DNA of 63,068 nt, filler included, from Rhabdomonas costata (GCA_019059605.1; 19 parts of 19 records of this genome joined end to end with filler, not necessarily neighbours in it); one strand, 5' to 3'; positions 9,987-22,955 are shown, counted from the whole stretch's first letter. The notes: generated by a model not told the origin, from the letters alone. Numbers and translations: made by a program.

Positions 9987-12900
9987 TACCAACCGACTCC
10001 TTTGACGAATGCGACGAAGTGGATGACGACGACGAGCCAGACGAACAGGTCCATGATGGGCCCTCCACAACACCGACCACCGGGTACCGACCCGCTCGGC
10101 CTCTGGACGAAATTCCCCGCCAGTCGAGCTCGGATGAGGAGTACGTCCCTTCGTCTCCATCCAGCGGATCCAGACTATTCTAGTGCATCCACCACGCAAG
10201 GCAAAGAAAAAGAGGACCAAACCGCAAACTCCGCAGAAGAGCCTCGAAGACTTGAACAACAAAGAGCAAACGGCGCTCTGCCGGCAAGCCGACGCCCGGT
10301 ACCGAGCAGCACACCGGGAACATCAGCGCAAGTACTGGTTACACAGTTTTCGGATTGAGCCTTCTCCATAATTTCACGCCAATGATAACGTCTAATTGCA
10401 CGACTCGTTTTTTTGGATCGCCTGCATTGTACTGGACCATTGACCCACGATCGACTTGTTTGCAAATCCCTGCACAGCCAACCTGCGGCGATTCCTCATT
10501 GCGCGCCCACGAGATGAGACCAGTGGCGTCAATGCGTTCAACTACCGATTGGCTGGAGAGAATGGGTATGCAACCCCACCATTGTACCTCATTCCTCGAG
10601 TTCTTTTCCGGGTATGCATCGAGCACTGCGGGATCATGCTAGTCTTTCCAGAGTGGCCGAATGCCTATTGGTACCCCGCTTCCAGACAACTCGAGGAAAA
10701 GTCTTTTGTATGGGACGGACCCTGCTACCTTGACGACCACAGCAGAATGAGGCTAAAACCGAAGTGGCCGACGTGGTTTGCCGTTATCGACGGCACTCGC
10801 GCCTCACCCGAGACTCTCCATCTCATGAAGATGCGGCTTCCCCACGGCAGAAAGTGGAAAGTCCCAGAAGCGAGCTGCTCGAAGTACCCATGGACCACCG
10901 GTGTCCGACGGATCCAGCTCTTGGTGCCAGATTCCCTGGGAACCCGCACGGAGGAACCTGGTTATGGAACCACTGAATCGGACCCAACCACCCCGGAAGA
11001 CATACCCGACTTCTTCGAGCAGGCCTACCATGACAACGACGATGATGTCACTGAACCCTCAACACACCCCATCCAAAACCACCCTCAATCGATTTTGTGG
11101 CGCGCAAAAATAGTGGCAGCAAATTTGTTTAGTCGAGGATCAAGCTAAATTTGCCAAGTTGGATTACCAGGAAGTTTCAAAATGCCTTCCACGCAAGTGA
11201 CCTCATTCCGTATGTGTTGCGCATCCCGGAGAGTAAGCGCCACCACCCCTTGGAGAAGTGGAAATCAAAGACGCTTACCCCTCGTACACCCCACCGCCAG
11301 AATGACCGTGGCGGTCCATCCACCAGTCAGGCAATAATCCCACTGCCGATGAGGAGAACGTGGAAGAGTTCATACCCGAAGCGGCTAGGATGACCAACCT
11401 AATGATTCCACAGTCCATCAGAGAGAATCCTCGTCCACGTATGCCACACCATCAAACCCGAGACTGCGCGCGCAGTCACTCCCAAGCCCCAAGACCAGAA
11501 GAACATAAACTTCTTCGGCGCAATCCACCAACCATGGCCCGGTTGGCGCCCCCACTTCCCCCATCAGGGCGAAGACGGAGAAGCCCTTCCCGTCCGCCTT
11601 ACAATATCAGGGGTTAGCGGCCCGTGTGGGAGCCCTCACTACCACCGGACCGGCAACCATCAGCCCAGTCGTCCCCACCGGACCTGACTTCACAGCTGAG
11701 TCAGATAAAGCTAAACTACAACTTTTACCACGAGCCCGTGCAGCGAGACCGGTGGGGGAGCCTTTTGTGCAGCGCTCCCACTCACGACCAGACTCACTTT
11801 TTAATCAGCAATTGCAGACACCATTCCGGAAGCCTGTGAACGTGGGGGAGCAAGCGGAACAAGCAGTTCCAGTCTCCTTGTCACCCCCACAGCGTTTTGC
11901 AGATTTATATCATCCGGAATCACGGACTCCTTCACCAGCACTTCCTGCAAGTCCGCAAGTTGCTGAATACACGACCAGCAGGGACCAGAGAGCCGTTATC
12001 CAGCACCATCTTGCCCAGCAAAGCTTTCCAGAAGGACATCACATATACGGTCTTGCCTGAAGAAAGCGAAGCATCGCTCGATCCAGCTGCATGGAGAACC
12101 CCGAGTTAGCTTCCCCGACGGCCAGAGCCGTTACAGACCCTATGACTCAGATGATTCGACCCTCCTAGTGCAGATATGGTGGAATCACTGCAACTCACAT
12201 GCGTTGTACTCGCGACTTCCCGGAACCGAAAATCGCAGTTGTTGGGTAACCAGTGGATCGAAGACATAGACCTGCGGGACCCAAACTACGCTGAGCTACT
12301 CCAACACGTTGAAGCAGAGTTTCGACGAATCCAGCAGGCAGAAATTCACAGTGGGAAATTCAGCCTGAAGCACCGACACATTGCAAGTCGGCCCCCGCAA
12401 CGCTGGGATGGAGATCAGCCAGCTGCCCCACAGTCCCCACCACGCTCCAAACCCACATCAACAGCATACCATGCCCCCCATGGCCTCACACCAAAGATCA
12501 CCAGTTTCAGACAATGTCCCACCCTCTTCACTGCAGCTTATACCTCACGCTCTGAAGTCTCTCGAACAGTTGCAGACCGCAGAAGCACCTCATAAAGACC
12601 CACAACCTGTACCAGAACAACAACTACCTGATTCAGAGACTTTCGATGTGGTGTTGTGGAAGGAAAACCCGAAAACCGAGCCCATTCCACCGCAAGTGTT
12701 CCCACTGCCTGAGGAGGAGTACTACCACGACCCATTTGACTTTAAAGGGGTGGATGCGGTGGACTCACCTGCATCCAGAACCACCGCCTCGGAATGGGCC
12801 CACTCGGAGGACGATGACGCCATGGAGTTGAATGCCGACCATTCCGCCACAACTCTACATTGCAGATGCATTCTTGCTGGTCTACTGCACCATCTCCAGA

Positions 12901-13212
12901 CCACAGCAAACCTGCAGACTCCAAAGATGCCAAACACAATCGCAGACACCAACCCTCAGAACACCACGATCCAACGACCGCCATGGGCGCCCGCAGTCAA
13001 GGCGAGCATGGCTGCCCAGGAGTCGGCATCCTCGCTTGGGCTCTCTCCAAGGAAAAGAGAAGGCTTCAGATTACGCCAAGCCAGACGGAACAACTGCTAG
13101 CATTTGCCACGCACTCTCCATTCCTATACCAACCGACTCCTTTGACGAATGCGACGAAGTGGATGACGACGACGAGCCAGACGAACAGGTCCCTGATGGG
13201 CCCACAACAACA
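9987..13212 (+). mobile_element. Decayed retroelement-like unit with a Dam-like N6-adenine methyltransferase and an integrase-tail relic
   Basis: MTase domain at ~10390-10800. LPSWITRKFQNAFHASDLIPY (11151-11215) resembles the Ty3/gypsy GPY/F tail. Many stops and frameshifts. An 86-nt near-identical repeat sits at both contig ends. Confidence 0.6.
10390..10810 (+). pseudogene. DIRS-type Dam-like DNA adenine methyltransferase domain (decayed)
   Basis: PTIDLFANPCTANLRRF...VNAFNY..GYATPPLYLIPRVL...MLVFPEWPNAYWYP. In-frame stops lie upstream, and motif IV reads TPPL rather than NPPW/F. Confidence 0.75.
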
Positions 13213-13353
13213 NNNNNNNNNNNNNNNNNNNNNNNNNNNNNNNNNNNNNNNNNNNNTTAATTAATTAANNNNNNNNNNNNNNNNNNNNNNNNNNNNNNNN
13301 NNNNNNNNNNNNGGGGTTTGGACGAAGCATTAGCGAAACCAGCGGTCTCTCTC

Positions 13354-14159
13354 TTATCTTGCGTGGACAAGTACTGTAAGCGAGCCTTCTTCCTTCTCCA
13401 ACGATTCGTCCAAGCCACCAAGACAAATAGATGAGACCATATGAACACAGCAGAGGTCAAGACAACCGCTAACGGAGTTGCTGAAAACGTTGCAGGCTGG
13501 AAACGCCGCGAGCAGCACGGACTCCTCGAAGGAAACATAGTTGCCGTAGACACTGCCACTGCTGACCGTGCCTAGCAAGGCCATAGAGCCGCACAGGGTG
13601 TTGCCGTGAAAGTCCATCTGGTCGACCACACTGAGGAGGTTCAGCCTCACTCCCGCGGGAAAGGCGCAGGAGAACACGGAGAGCCACGTGAAGTGACCAC
13701 TGAAGCTGGAGAGCGAGACGGTCGGGGTTGAGCTTCCAGTGAACTGAAGGGAGGACACGAAGGCAGTTGACCGCATGCCGGTGACCCGAAGGTCGCCCGA
13801 AATTTTGGTGGTGGTAAGGTCAAGTTGGGTCAGGGTGCTCGGAAGACTAAGGCTGAGGGACCCCTGGACCGTGTTGCTATAGAAAGAGAAAATCTGCAGG
13901 GTGCTGGGCAGGGAGCCCAGGGCGACACTGGAGGTGAAGGTGCACCCCCAGATCGACAAAGAGGTCACCGAGGAGGGGAGGTTGACAATGCTCAGGGGGC
14001 TGCCGAAGGTGGCGGACCACAGTGTAATCGTGGTGGCCTCGGTGAAGAAGGAGAAGTCCAGGGCACCGGCACATTGGTAGCTCATCAGGGAGACCGTGGT
14101 GGTGGTGGCAGCCACGCCGCGCTGGTCAGCCCAGTCAGAAACGCTGCACGTCTGCAGAG
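13354..14159 (-). CDS. Leucine-rich-repeat (LP..L..L.l..n.fsG type) putative surface protein, large internal exon
   Basis: Acceptor ccttcag at 14160. LPSSVTSLSIWGCTFTSSVALGSLPSTLQIFSFYSNTVQGSLSLSLPSTLTQLDL. Codons are GC3-rich. The 3' exon boundary is uncertain (possible donor near 13467). Confidence 0.6.
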
Positions 14160-17084
14160 CTGAAGGAAGGAGGCAACCGGTGGGGTGAAAAGGGACGCCT
14201 CAGAAACAAACCGCAATCCGCAATTTCAACCCTGACTCGGGCGAAACTTTATTCCCCCACCCCCCACCGGGTGCATGCGAGTACCTTCGAACTATGAGCT
14301 CCGCAGCCCAGGAAGTCCCGAAAAAACACCACACGGCATGTGCATCGCCTCCTAACTTCTGCTAAATCTCTCAATCAAACCCCAGGGGACATTTGCATGG
14401 CCCTCTAATTCCCAACAGGCCTTTTCCAGTCACAGGGACATGCACCCCCCCCCGAAAATATGAAAAGAGGGCCCAAAAAAGACACTGCTCAGGGTGAGGA
14501 GGGCTAAGTACAACTGGGGAGGGGGGACAAAACACAGTCCAGGCCTAGCTCAAAGATCAAAGCTGGATTATAGGCAGTACCCAGAGCGAAAATACCGAAG
14601 CGAAAAGTAGAGGAGGGGAGCGCGTCCCGAAAAAACACGAGGTCTTTCGGGTTTTAACTCCTGATTTTCCTTCCAAAACAAACAAAATATCTTGGGGCTT
14701 TTGCCTTTTGTTGTGGGGGGGAGGGGATTGGCGTTCAACATTTAACAATTCCACAATGCTTCGTGCATCAAAAAACTGGCAACAAAAAACAAAAGTGCGG
14801 AATATACATTCTTCGCCGATAGTAAGCAGCAATCGCACTCGTTTTAATAAGCAAACAGCAAAAGTAAACACAAGGTAATACAACAAATATAGCGGAGCTA
14901 GGAGCAACATCGGCAACCTGAGGTAATCTTTTTCTTCTGTGTTTGACGACGGACGGAGTGCCATAGCCAATTTTCCCACGATTACGTGATGCTGGGAAAA
15001 AACAAAACCAGGTAGGTTTAAAGTAACCAAACCCAGAAAATAAGAAAACTTGAAAAGAGGAACCCTATACTGTCGAGGAGCAAATGAGGGAAACCAGTGA
15101 GCATTAGAAAAAACACCTTCCGCGGACAGGGGTGCAAGCAGGACCACCAGCATGAGAAAAACGGAGAAAGCCATTGAATCCACACAAACACACACACACA
15201 CAACACCTTGGAAAATCCGAAAGAGATAAACACGGCAATCGGGGCCCTCCCTTTCCCTCTTCCCACACCGATAAACACACAAAGAAACACCCCTGGGCGA
15301 AAAAAAAAAAGACACAAAAACACCCGTGACCCGCAGAGAAGAGGAACAGAGATTGGAGAAGAGTGAGGAACAGAAACCACAGTGGCAATGGCAGAAGCAC
15401 ACAGTGGAGGACAGACTGGGGGCAAAGCTGCGAGAGTAGAAGAAAATAAAGAGTGCAGGAAGATCTTAAGTTGTATTGCAGTGCGGTCCACTGTGGACGA
15501 TGAGGATCCCAACCCGAACAAACTCGGAATCGGGAACCACGGGCGGCGACTATGAGTTTACCTTTACCCTCTGAGGACCCAAGCCTCTTTGCTGGTAAAG
15601 CATCTCGTATCTATCCATCATCCCAGCTCAAAGGACATTGCCAAGCAAATAACATTGACGAACAAAAAAAACATCGAGGAGGCATTGAGGAGTGCCTTCC
15701 CAAATCAGAGGCAAGAGGCAAGGTTCGTCTAAAGCGGATTTCGTTCGCGTTAGTTAACCCCGCACCCGCAACATTGCAGACGGGCGGGCCCATCCGCCAT
15801 ATAAAGCACTTTTGTTCCTTGATGGAAAACTCCAAATTATTCGGTCACTTTGATAGACCCCATCATGCGCGAGGTGTAGCCACTTCTATGAAGCCTTCCC
15901 CTTTTTGTGATCCCGATGGGTCCCGGTGAGAATAAAACAGCTGAAAGCGCAAAGGACTTAAAACGTGCAGAAAAGACAGGGCATCAAAAGGAACTAAGCG
16001 GAAACCCGGTTCCGGTGAACTCATGCTCATTTAAGTGACACTTTTAACTAAAAACCGATCGGCCAACACCAGTGTCACCGCTACTGAGGAGGGAGGGTGC
16101 GCCCACACTGTCGGTTTCCCTTCGCTGTCTGAAAGCCTGTGAGGTGCAAACAAAGCAATCTTCATCCAGTTTTCGCGAGGTGTCTGATTTTTCAACCAAA
16201 CACATCACAGAAAGGGGAGTGTTTCCAAGCACAGGAGGGTGAGTAGGAAAACCCAACTCCACACACAAACAAAGCAAACAATTGGAAAAGCTCACCAGAG
16301 GACAAGGGATCAAATACGATCGTTGCTCCCCGAGCTTTCCATGCCTTCCCCTCGGTACGCGCCAGTGAATCCTTATCCCGCCGGATGCTACAGAGCGATT
16401 ACTGAAAGACAAAAAGCTCTCACAAGCCCTTCTTCGCTGTCGTCTCCTACCCGTAGTCCTCTTCTTCGTTCGAAGGAGAAAGGGTAACACGGGAAACCGT
16501 AGAAAACACAAATCGGTACAAAAACCTTCACACAANNNNNNNNNNNNNNNNNNNNNNNNNNNNNNNNNNNNNNNNNNNNTTAATTAATTAANNNNNNNNN
16601 NNNNNNNNNNNNNNNNNNNNNNNNNNNNNNNNNNNTACTCAGCCACACATCGCAGCAGGTCAACAGGAAGGCCACAAAAATGAGGCATTAGAAGAGAAAT
16701 CTGAAAATGGTGAGCATGAAAAGCGATAAATGAGTCTACAATCTATTTGAACAGAGGTTCAACACAAGGAAACACTTTTGGCAGCATTGAGATGGTCTCC
16801 ACAACAAATGTTAAACACAGCGCCAAACAAAGATCCATATGTTGCAAATACGAAACGTTTTGGAAATCCATTAGGGTTTTCAAAGATATCCCCATTCTAC
16901 TTCACTTCGTTGGGAATTTTCTTTGCGAACAACCAATGAACCACAGAATAGCAAAGCGACTGGTCAGCATCGCACCGAAACGTGAGTGCCAACCCAGTAA
17001 TACTGTACATGTTTGGAAAACACACGGAAACGTTTCAAAACTGTACACAGGTAGGCTGCCATCTTCCGACTAAAGATGGAATAC

Positions 17085-19863
17085 TCAAAGTCCCACCATA
17101 CGAAGAAGCTCTCGGTTGATCTTGTTTTCAAACACAGTGGCTCCTTCATTGAGAAGGATTCCAAGAGACTGCGCGTCCCTGACTCTGCTGCATGCGACGT
17201 AAACCATGCCAGCCTCAAACGCTGGCCATCGAAGATCAACCAAAACCTGTGTGCAAGAAGAGTTGCAAAAAGCAGCGATAATAAAACTGAGTTTAAGGGC
17301 AAAGTATCTCAGAAATACTGAAGATCTGGTAGCAAATCAAAAAAAAGTGAAATCAAAACCCACACCCGATCTATGGTTTGCCCCTGGCTCTTGTGCACGG
17401 TCAGTGCGTAGGCTGGCTTCACAGGAAACTGCCTTCGAAGGACGTGCAAACCAGTCTTTCCGAACGGTATTGTGAAATTGATTCTGGGGAGAGGAAACTG
17501 ATCACTACCAATTTTCACAACCACAAGACGTTCCTCAAGCCTTGCAATTACTCCCGTTGTTCCATTCACAATTCCTTCATCAGGATGAAGGTTTCGCAGA
17601 ACAATGACCTTCATTCCCACACAAAGTGCTAACAAATGTGGGGGAACACCACCGTGCTCAAGGGAATTGAGCTTTTCTGAGCTGACTTCCACGAGGTCGT
17701 TATTTTCGTCCCCAATACTGGAGTCGTGTGTTGTGTCCACGCTCCTGTATTCTCGAAGTTGTGCTCCAGGGAACACCCTTGCAATGCTTTTGTTATTTAG
17801 GGCGTCAACATCTCGGTTTCTGCACGCAAGGAAGACGCGCTTTTCTTCGGTGGCCTCCTCTGGGGCTATCCATTCCACGGCCTTGTCTTCGTCGTGGAAA
17901 ACGTGCACTCCATGTGGTGCAGACACGAGAAAAGTGTCCGAGGAGTCCGATGACTTTCCACCAAGGAGGTTCAGCCACTCAAAGAACGTAGTGTCTAGAG
18001 CCTGACGATTAGATTTTGTAAGCTTGCACAGCTTCAGGGACGAAAACAGTGGCGATCGGGGAAGACAGGCGTCCAGAATGTCACCTCCTTTTCCTCCTGG
18101 AACAATTGGAGGGAGCTGTCGAACGTCCCCACTCATAATAAAAATCGATCCACCAAAGGGCAAATGAGAAGCTCTCGCAGCTCGGAGGAGCTGATCCACA
18201 GACTCCACAATCTGCCTTTTTACCATGGAAATTTCATCCCATATAAAAACAGCTGTTTTTCGCAAAAGTTCCAACTGCTCTGCAACAGCTCCGTCAACGT
18301 CACCTTTTTGAAGCTTCACAAGAACCTTGGACACAATTTTGTCACCAGGAAGAACGTCAGATTCTATGGGAAGCTGGAATAGAGTGTGCGCGGTTTTTCC
18401 CCCTGAAAGCTCTCGCGCAGCAATTCCACTGCTGGCACAAATAGAGCATATTTTCCCCTTGCTTCGCACCAGAGCTGCAATACATCTAAGGAGGTAACTC
18501 TTTCCAGTTCCCGCAGGGGCCTGCAACAGGATCCTGAGTGGTTGCGATGCATTTAAAGCATCGGTAACGTCCTGAAATACATCCCTCTGCTCGTCGTTAA
18601 GTAAAGGCTCCATCAAGTGAAGAAGCTGCTCTTGCTGTGACACTGGAAACTGAAGCTTGCTTTCCATCACAAGAGTGTTCATTAAGTCCTCCAGTGTTGG
18701 TTCTGGCAGACCAAATTCACTCAGAGATCTTCCATGTCCGCGTAGAGACGTCCTTAAATCCAAAAGAAGCCGTTGTTGGCAAAATTCCGCAATCTCCTCA
18801 GCGCTTCCAGGAAGAACCTGCCCCCTTTTGATAACGTCAGCAGACATTTTTTGATGAAACTCCTCGAAAATCTTCACCGCACCTGCTCCAAAAATGCAAC
18901 ACGATACAAAGAGTTTCCTCAACATTTTTGGAGTATTGTGCGTAAGAACAGCCTCCGCAAATGCAAGGTACCACTCATCATCGTCTTTCAGGTAACCTGC
19001 GGCAACGCAAGCTTCCCGAAAAGTCAACTTGTCAAGCAGAAGGTCCTGATAGCACCGGGCAGACATTTTTATTAAAAGAATCCTGAGAAAATAAGGCTCT
19101 CCACAGCGCGGGTCAAGCCAAGTAAGTCTGCACACGAAGGAATCTTGGCGCTGTTTTACCCAGAACCCCTGCTGATCTCTCCAGGTGAGAGTATTGACAT
19201 TCCTTGGTTTCTCGGTGACAATGATGTAGCGCTCATAGTATTCCAGCATCTTCAGATTCTCGAAGCGCTCCCCAAGTGGACGGGAAAAATACCTTCCAAC
19301 GTCAGATTTTGGCTGAGGCTGACTTTGACCCTGCTTGTAGAAGACGTAGTAGGAGTGTACAGAGGGCATGCGCATGTTCGACCTGTACTGAAAAATTGCC
19401 TTCCAAACTGCCTCCGTTGCTGAAACGTATCTCACCTTGCAGAAATCAGCAATTTCGTCGTCTGTGCGGATGGTCACGTCGGAGCGATCTAGCCCCTTTG
19501 TAATATAAGAGTGGAGATATCCAATGCAGTTCACTCCAGCAGAAAACTCCACATTGATGTGGCATTTGTACCTCTGCAGCAGCTTTAGATTGTGAGGAAC
19601 CACAAAGGTGTCACCAAACCCCCTCTTGTACAATGGATATCCTGCACTGTCGAACCACGTTGAAGCCCTTGGAGATTTTGGGTACATTGAACTTTTTGGC
19701 TCCACTGAGCACTCTGAAACGGCAGATCTGCATGGAGAAGAAGGTGGAGTTGGAGAAGGCCATTCACATTCCGGTAGTCCAAGCATAAATGCTTCATATC
19801 TCTTTCCTTGGGTGTGACATCCCAACTTTACCCTTTGACCATCCGAATGCAACGCATCACCTT
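17085..19863 (-). mobile_element. Helitron Rep-helicase (Rep C-terminal region plus Pif1 helicase), 5'-truncated, with one intron
   Basis: Rep motifs GYPLYKR, VVPHN..LL..YKCHINVE, YITKG.DR and DEI....RYVSATEA. Pif1 motifs APAGTGKS, IWDEISM, GDVRQLPPI and RRQFPVKPAYALTVHKSQGQT. GT-AG intron at 17365-17247. Last exon 17246-17085 supplies AFEAGMVYVACSRV. Confidence 0.93.
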
Positions 19864-20348
19864 NNNNNNNNNNNNNNNNNNNNNNNNNNNNNNNNNNNNN
19901 NNNNNNNTTAATTAATTAANNNNNNNNNNNNNNNNNNNNNNNNNNNNNNNNNNNNNNNNNNNNGGTAGTGGGGGTGTGACGAGAAGGGACCTGCGTGTGA
20001 TTGTCGTTCATATCCCTCGGTTGTTGTTGTAATGCGATGGATTTGTGCGGGGAGAGTACGAGGTTTAGTGGTGGTCCCATCCAGAACCTCCAGGGAGGCC
20101 TTTTGGGACACCGTTCAAGCCCGAATTCCGGGCTTACATCATCCGGACATATGCAAAAGAACCCACCCACCGAAAGTGTGTGGGTGGGTGTGTGGGTGTG
20201 TAAAATTCACGTATAGGCCGGGGACCCGCTTGGGCGGATCCTTGATGACGCTCTCTATCTCTCGGCTGAGTACAACACAGTTCTGATTGTGCGTTCCTCC
20301 TCCATTACGGCAAACCAGACACACACACACAGACACATGTAAAACGAC

Positions 20349-22955
20349 CTTGAACCAGACGGGCTCGGTAAGAATGGACACTCCGACAGCTCCGCCCTGT
20401 GCGTACTGGGTCACCATGTGGCGGACGTTCAGGCTGGTGTTGATGTCCCCCTCCGACGGCGAGGCCCTCTTCACCTGAACAATCACCGCCCACAACAGGG
20501 TGGAGCAGACTCCGCGGAAACAGTAGCCTTCCTTGGCATGACATTCACCTGAAAAACTTGAGGTGAGCACACTAAAGAAGAATGGCAGCGGAGATGATTT
20601 GAGGGAACCAGACAGAGGGGTGGAAGGTGTGCAGCTGCGCACTTCCGATGACGCCGAAGGGGTTCTTGCTCGGCCCCAAAGCGGCGGCAAAGTCGACCGT
20701 CGGGGAGGAGAAGTACTTCATTTCCCGCAGCTGCTCCTCAGGAACGAACCGCTGGCTGTAGGCCACCTCAACCTAACACACACGGGCACCTCTGTCACCC
20801 TTCGCTGGCGGCTACTTCACATACGGTGCGGCGCAAACCAGAGTGTCGGGCCTTGTGCTGTGCAGCGGATTTATGGGGCGGTACACGCGCATTGCGATCA
20901 ATAATCACCCGTCACCTGCACAGGAATTTCACTTACAGATACAGGGGTGCTAGGCGAGAAGGTAATGCAAAATGCGGATAAGCTGCTGGGCAAAGGCAGG
21001 GGTAGAAAGCTTGGGTATCCCCCACAAAAGCGAAAATTTAGCCCCCCCTCCCCCACTTGGTGGGCTCAATTTCACCCTACGGGCATCTTCCTTTCTACAC
21101 ACGATGGGCCGTTCCTCACACCTACTGCATCTTCTAATGTTCGGGGTTGTGTTTCAATGCTTCCAAAGAAGGAGTTCACTTGTGGTCATTCCCCTCCCCC
21201 TCCCCTCCTCCTCCTCCTCGAATCGTGCCTGTCGCCTTCGCACGATGCGCTCAAGGATGTTGCTGCTGGAGTCCCGAGAGAGCTTCGTGGAGAGCCTCAC
21301 GTACTCATCCAGGGCGTGCAGGGCCTTCCCGCTGGACAGGCTACTCCGCATCGCCGTCACGCCCTCCCGCAGGGAGGCAGCCTGTCAGGGCACACAGGTC
21401 ACCGCGGAGTGGCACGCAATTCAGGGGGTTCAAGGGCGTTACCTTTAAACCCAACTTCTAAACTTAAAATCATCATCTCACGGTATTGGAACCGTTCAAA
21501 AAACAAAGTCGCGGATAAACTGTGCAAACGGCGGTGGTTACTTCGACAATGGTGCGCGGGTGCAAGCTGAGCATCCAAGACGTTTGCACTCGCCGCCATG
21601 CCTGTTGTGTATGCAAAACGAGTTAAATGGGCGGTGCGTGCGCCTCAGACGTAGCCGCAGGATAACAGGGAAAGACATATGCGCAAACATGACGAGGAAA
21701 GAGGCGGGCAGGAGAGGCCACCTGCTTGGCCACCACAGCCAGCACCGCAGCGTTGGCCACCACAAAGTTGGTCAGGGCGGTTGGAGCAGCGCCGCGCAGC
21801 AACGTAAGAACCTCCACGGCGTTCTGCAGGGGTGTTCCCCCACCTGTATTGCAAACGCTCGCACCTTACACTACTTGGGGGCTGATTTGAAGGAAGCATT
21901 CACAAAGAAGCTGAAAGGAGCAGCGACATGGCCATTTTGCCGTGCATGCAGGCATAACTGGTGCGTTTTTTCGGCTCCGATTTTGGTGTTGGCGTGCCGA
22001 GTGGTGAGAGTTCAATCTGTTCGTTTGGCCAACCCGGCTTCAAAGAGTGTCGTCCAAGTTGCAGCGATAGGGCGTGCTCGCGTTCTCAACTGCTGTGCAC
22101 GTGCAACTATTGCATGCAGAAGGAGTATGCCAGAGAGAGAGAGCGGAGCGAATGAGTGTACCCTGCAGGTAGGTCCCTGCCGTCACGCTGGGCTCAAAGC
22201 CGAACTCCTCGGCCTGGATCGGTTTGTACGTGGGCGTGGCCTCAGGGCTGCCGGGCTCCACCCACCAAGCGTGAGTGGGACCCAGGGGGGAGACCTTATC
22301 CACACCATCCCCCGAGCACACCACTACTGCACGTGCGCTGGAGTCTCTGCACAGCACCTGTTTTTAAGACAAAGCGAATGAAGGAAAGGAAGGACTCAAT
22401 GGAAGTTTTTTATTGGGGAGGGGGTAACCGTTGAAAATGGAAACGGTTGCCGGTGGTAACAGAAAACGGTTCACAAGCGAGGCACCGTGAAAGCCGTGGG
22501 GCAGCTGTGAGAACAAAGACGAAAAGAGGGCTGATGTGGGCTTGACGATATGATGATGAGCTGTCCCCACCCTCCAACCTTGTCCTCAAAATAGAAGAGA
22601 TAAATCATATTGTCAGGGCATACAAGCTCAAGAGAAGTGAGCTCCGTCCACCCATCCTCCGAAAGCCGAAACCTCCAGAAGACCCACACGTCACAACACG
22701 TAAAGCAGAAGGAAGTCAGAACGCAGCTGAATATTACATCCAGCAGCAACGCATTTTCTGCACCGAACTCATTACGCATGCAACATAAACCAACAACAGC
22801 TGAGCACCGCGAAGCCGAAAGATGACCACACACGCTTTTTTTTCAGTCGCACGTGAGAGGTGAGGGGGGGCACACTTTGGCGAGCAGCTCTGCGGTGTCT
22901 TTGTCACTGGCACCAACCACCATCGCGGAGGGATGCGCGGGGTTCACTAAAGGAC
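20349..22955 (-). CDS. trpD-trpC: Fused anthranilate phosphoribosyltransferase (TrpD) / indole-3-glycerol-phosphate synthase (TrpC), internal 6 exons
   Basis: Exons 22955-22876, 22357-22162, 21843-21722, 21381-21229, 20772-20643 and 20474-20349. TrpD motifs GPLVNPA, DGVDKVSP.GPT, GGG.P.QNA, VVANAA and SGKAL..LD run directly, within one exon, into TrpC NILERIVRRRQ/VEVA, VKRASPSEG and SILTEP.WF. Confidence 0.88.

Noticed and set aside
14557..15402. 281-aa hydrophobic minus-strand ORF
   Set aside because: It arises from A/C-rich low-complexity sequence, with no host-like codon bias or motifs.
17059..17079. CCATCTT/AAGATGG hairpin as the Helitron 3' terminator
   Set aside because: It is not followed by CTRR at the expected distance.
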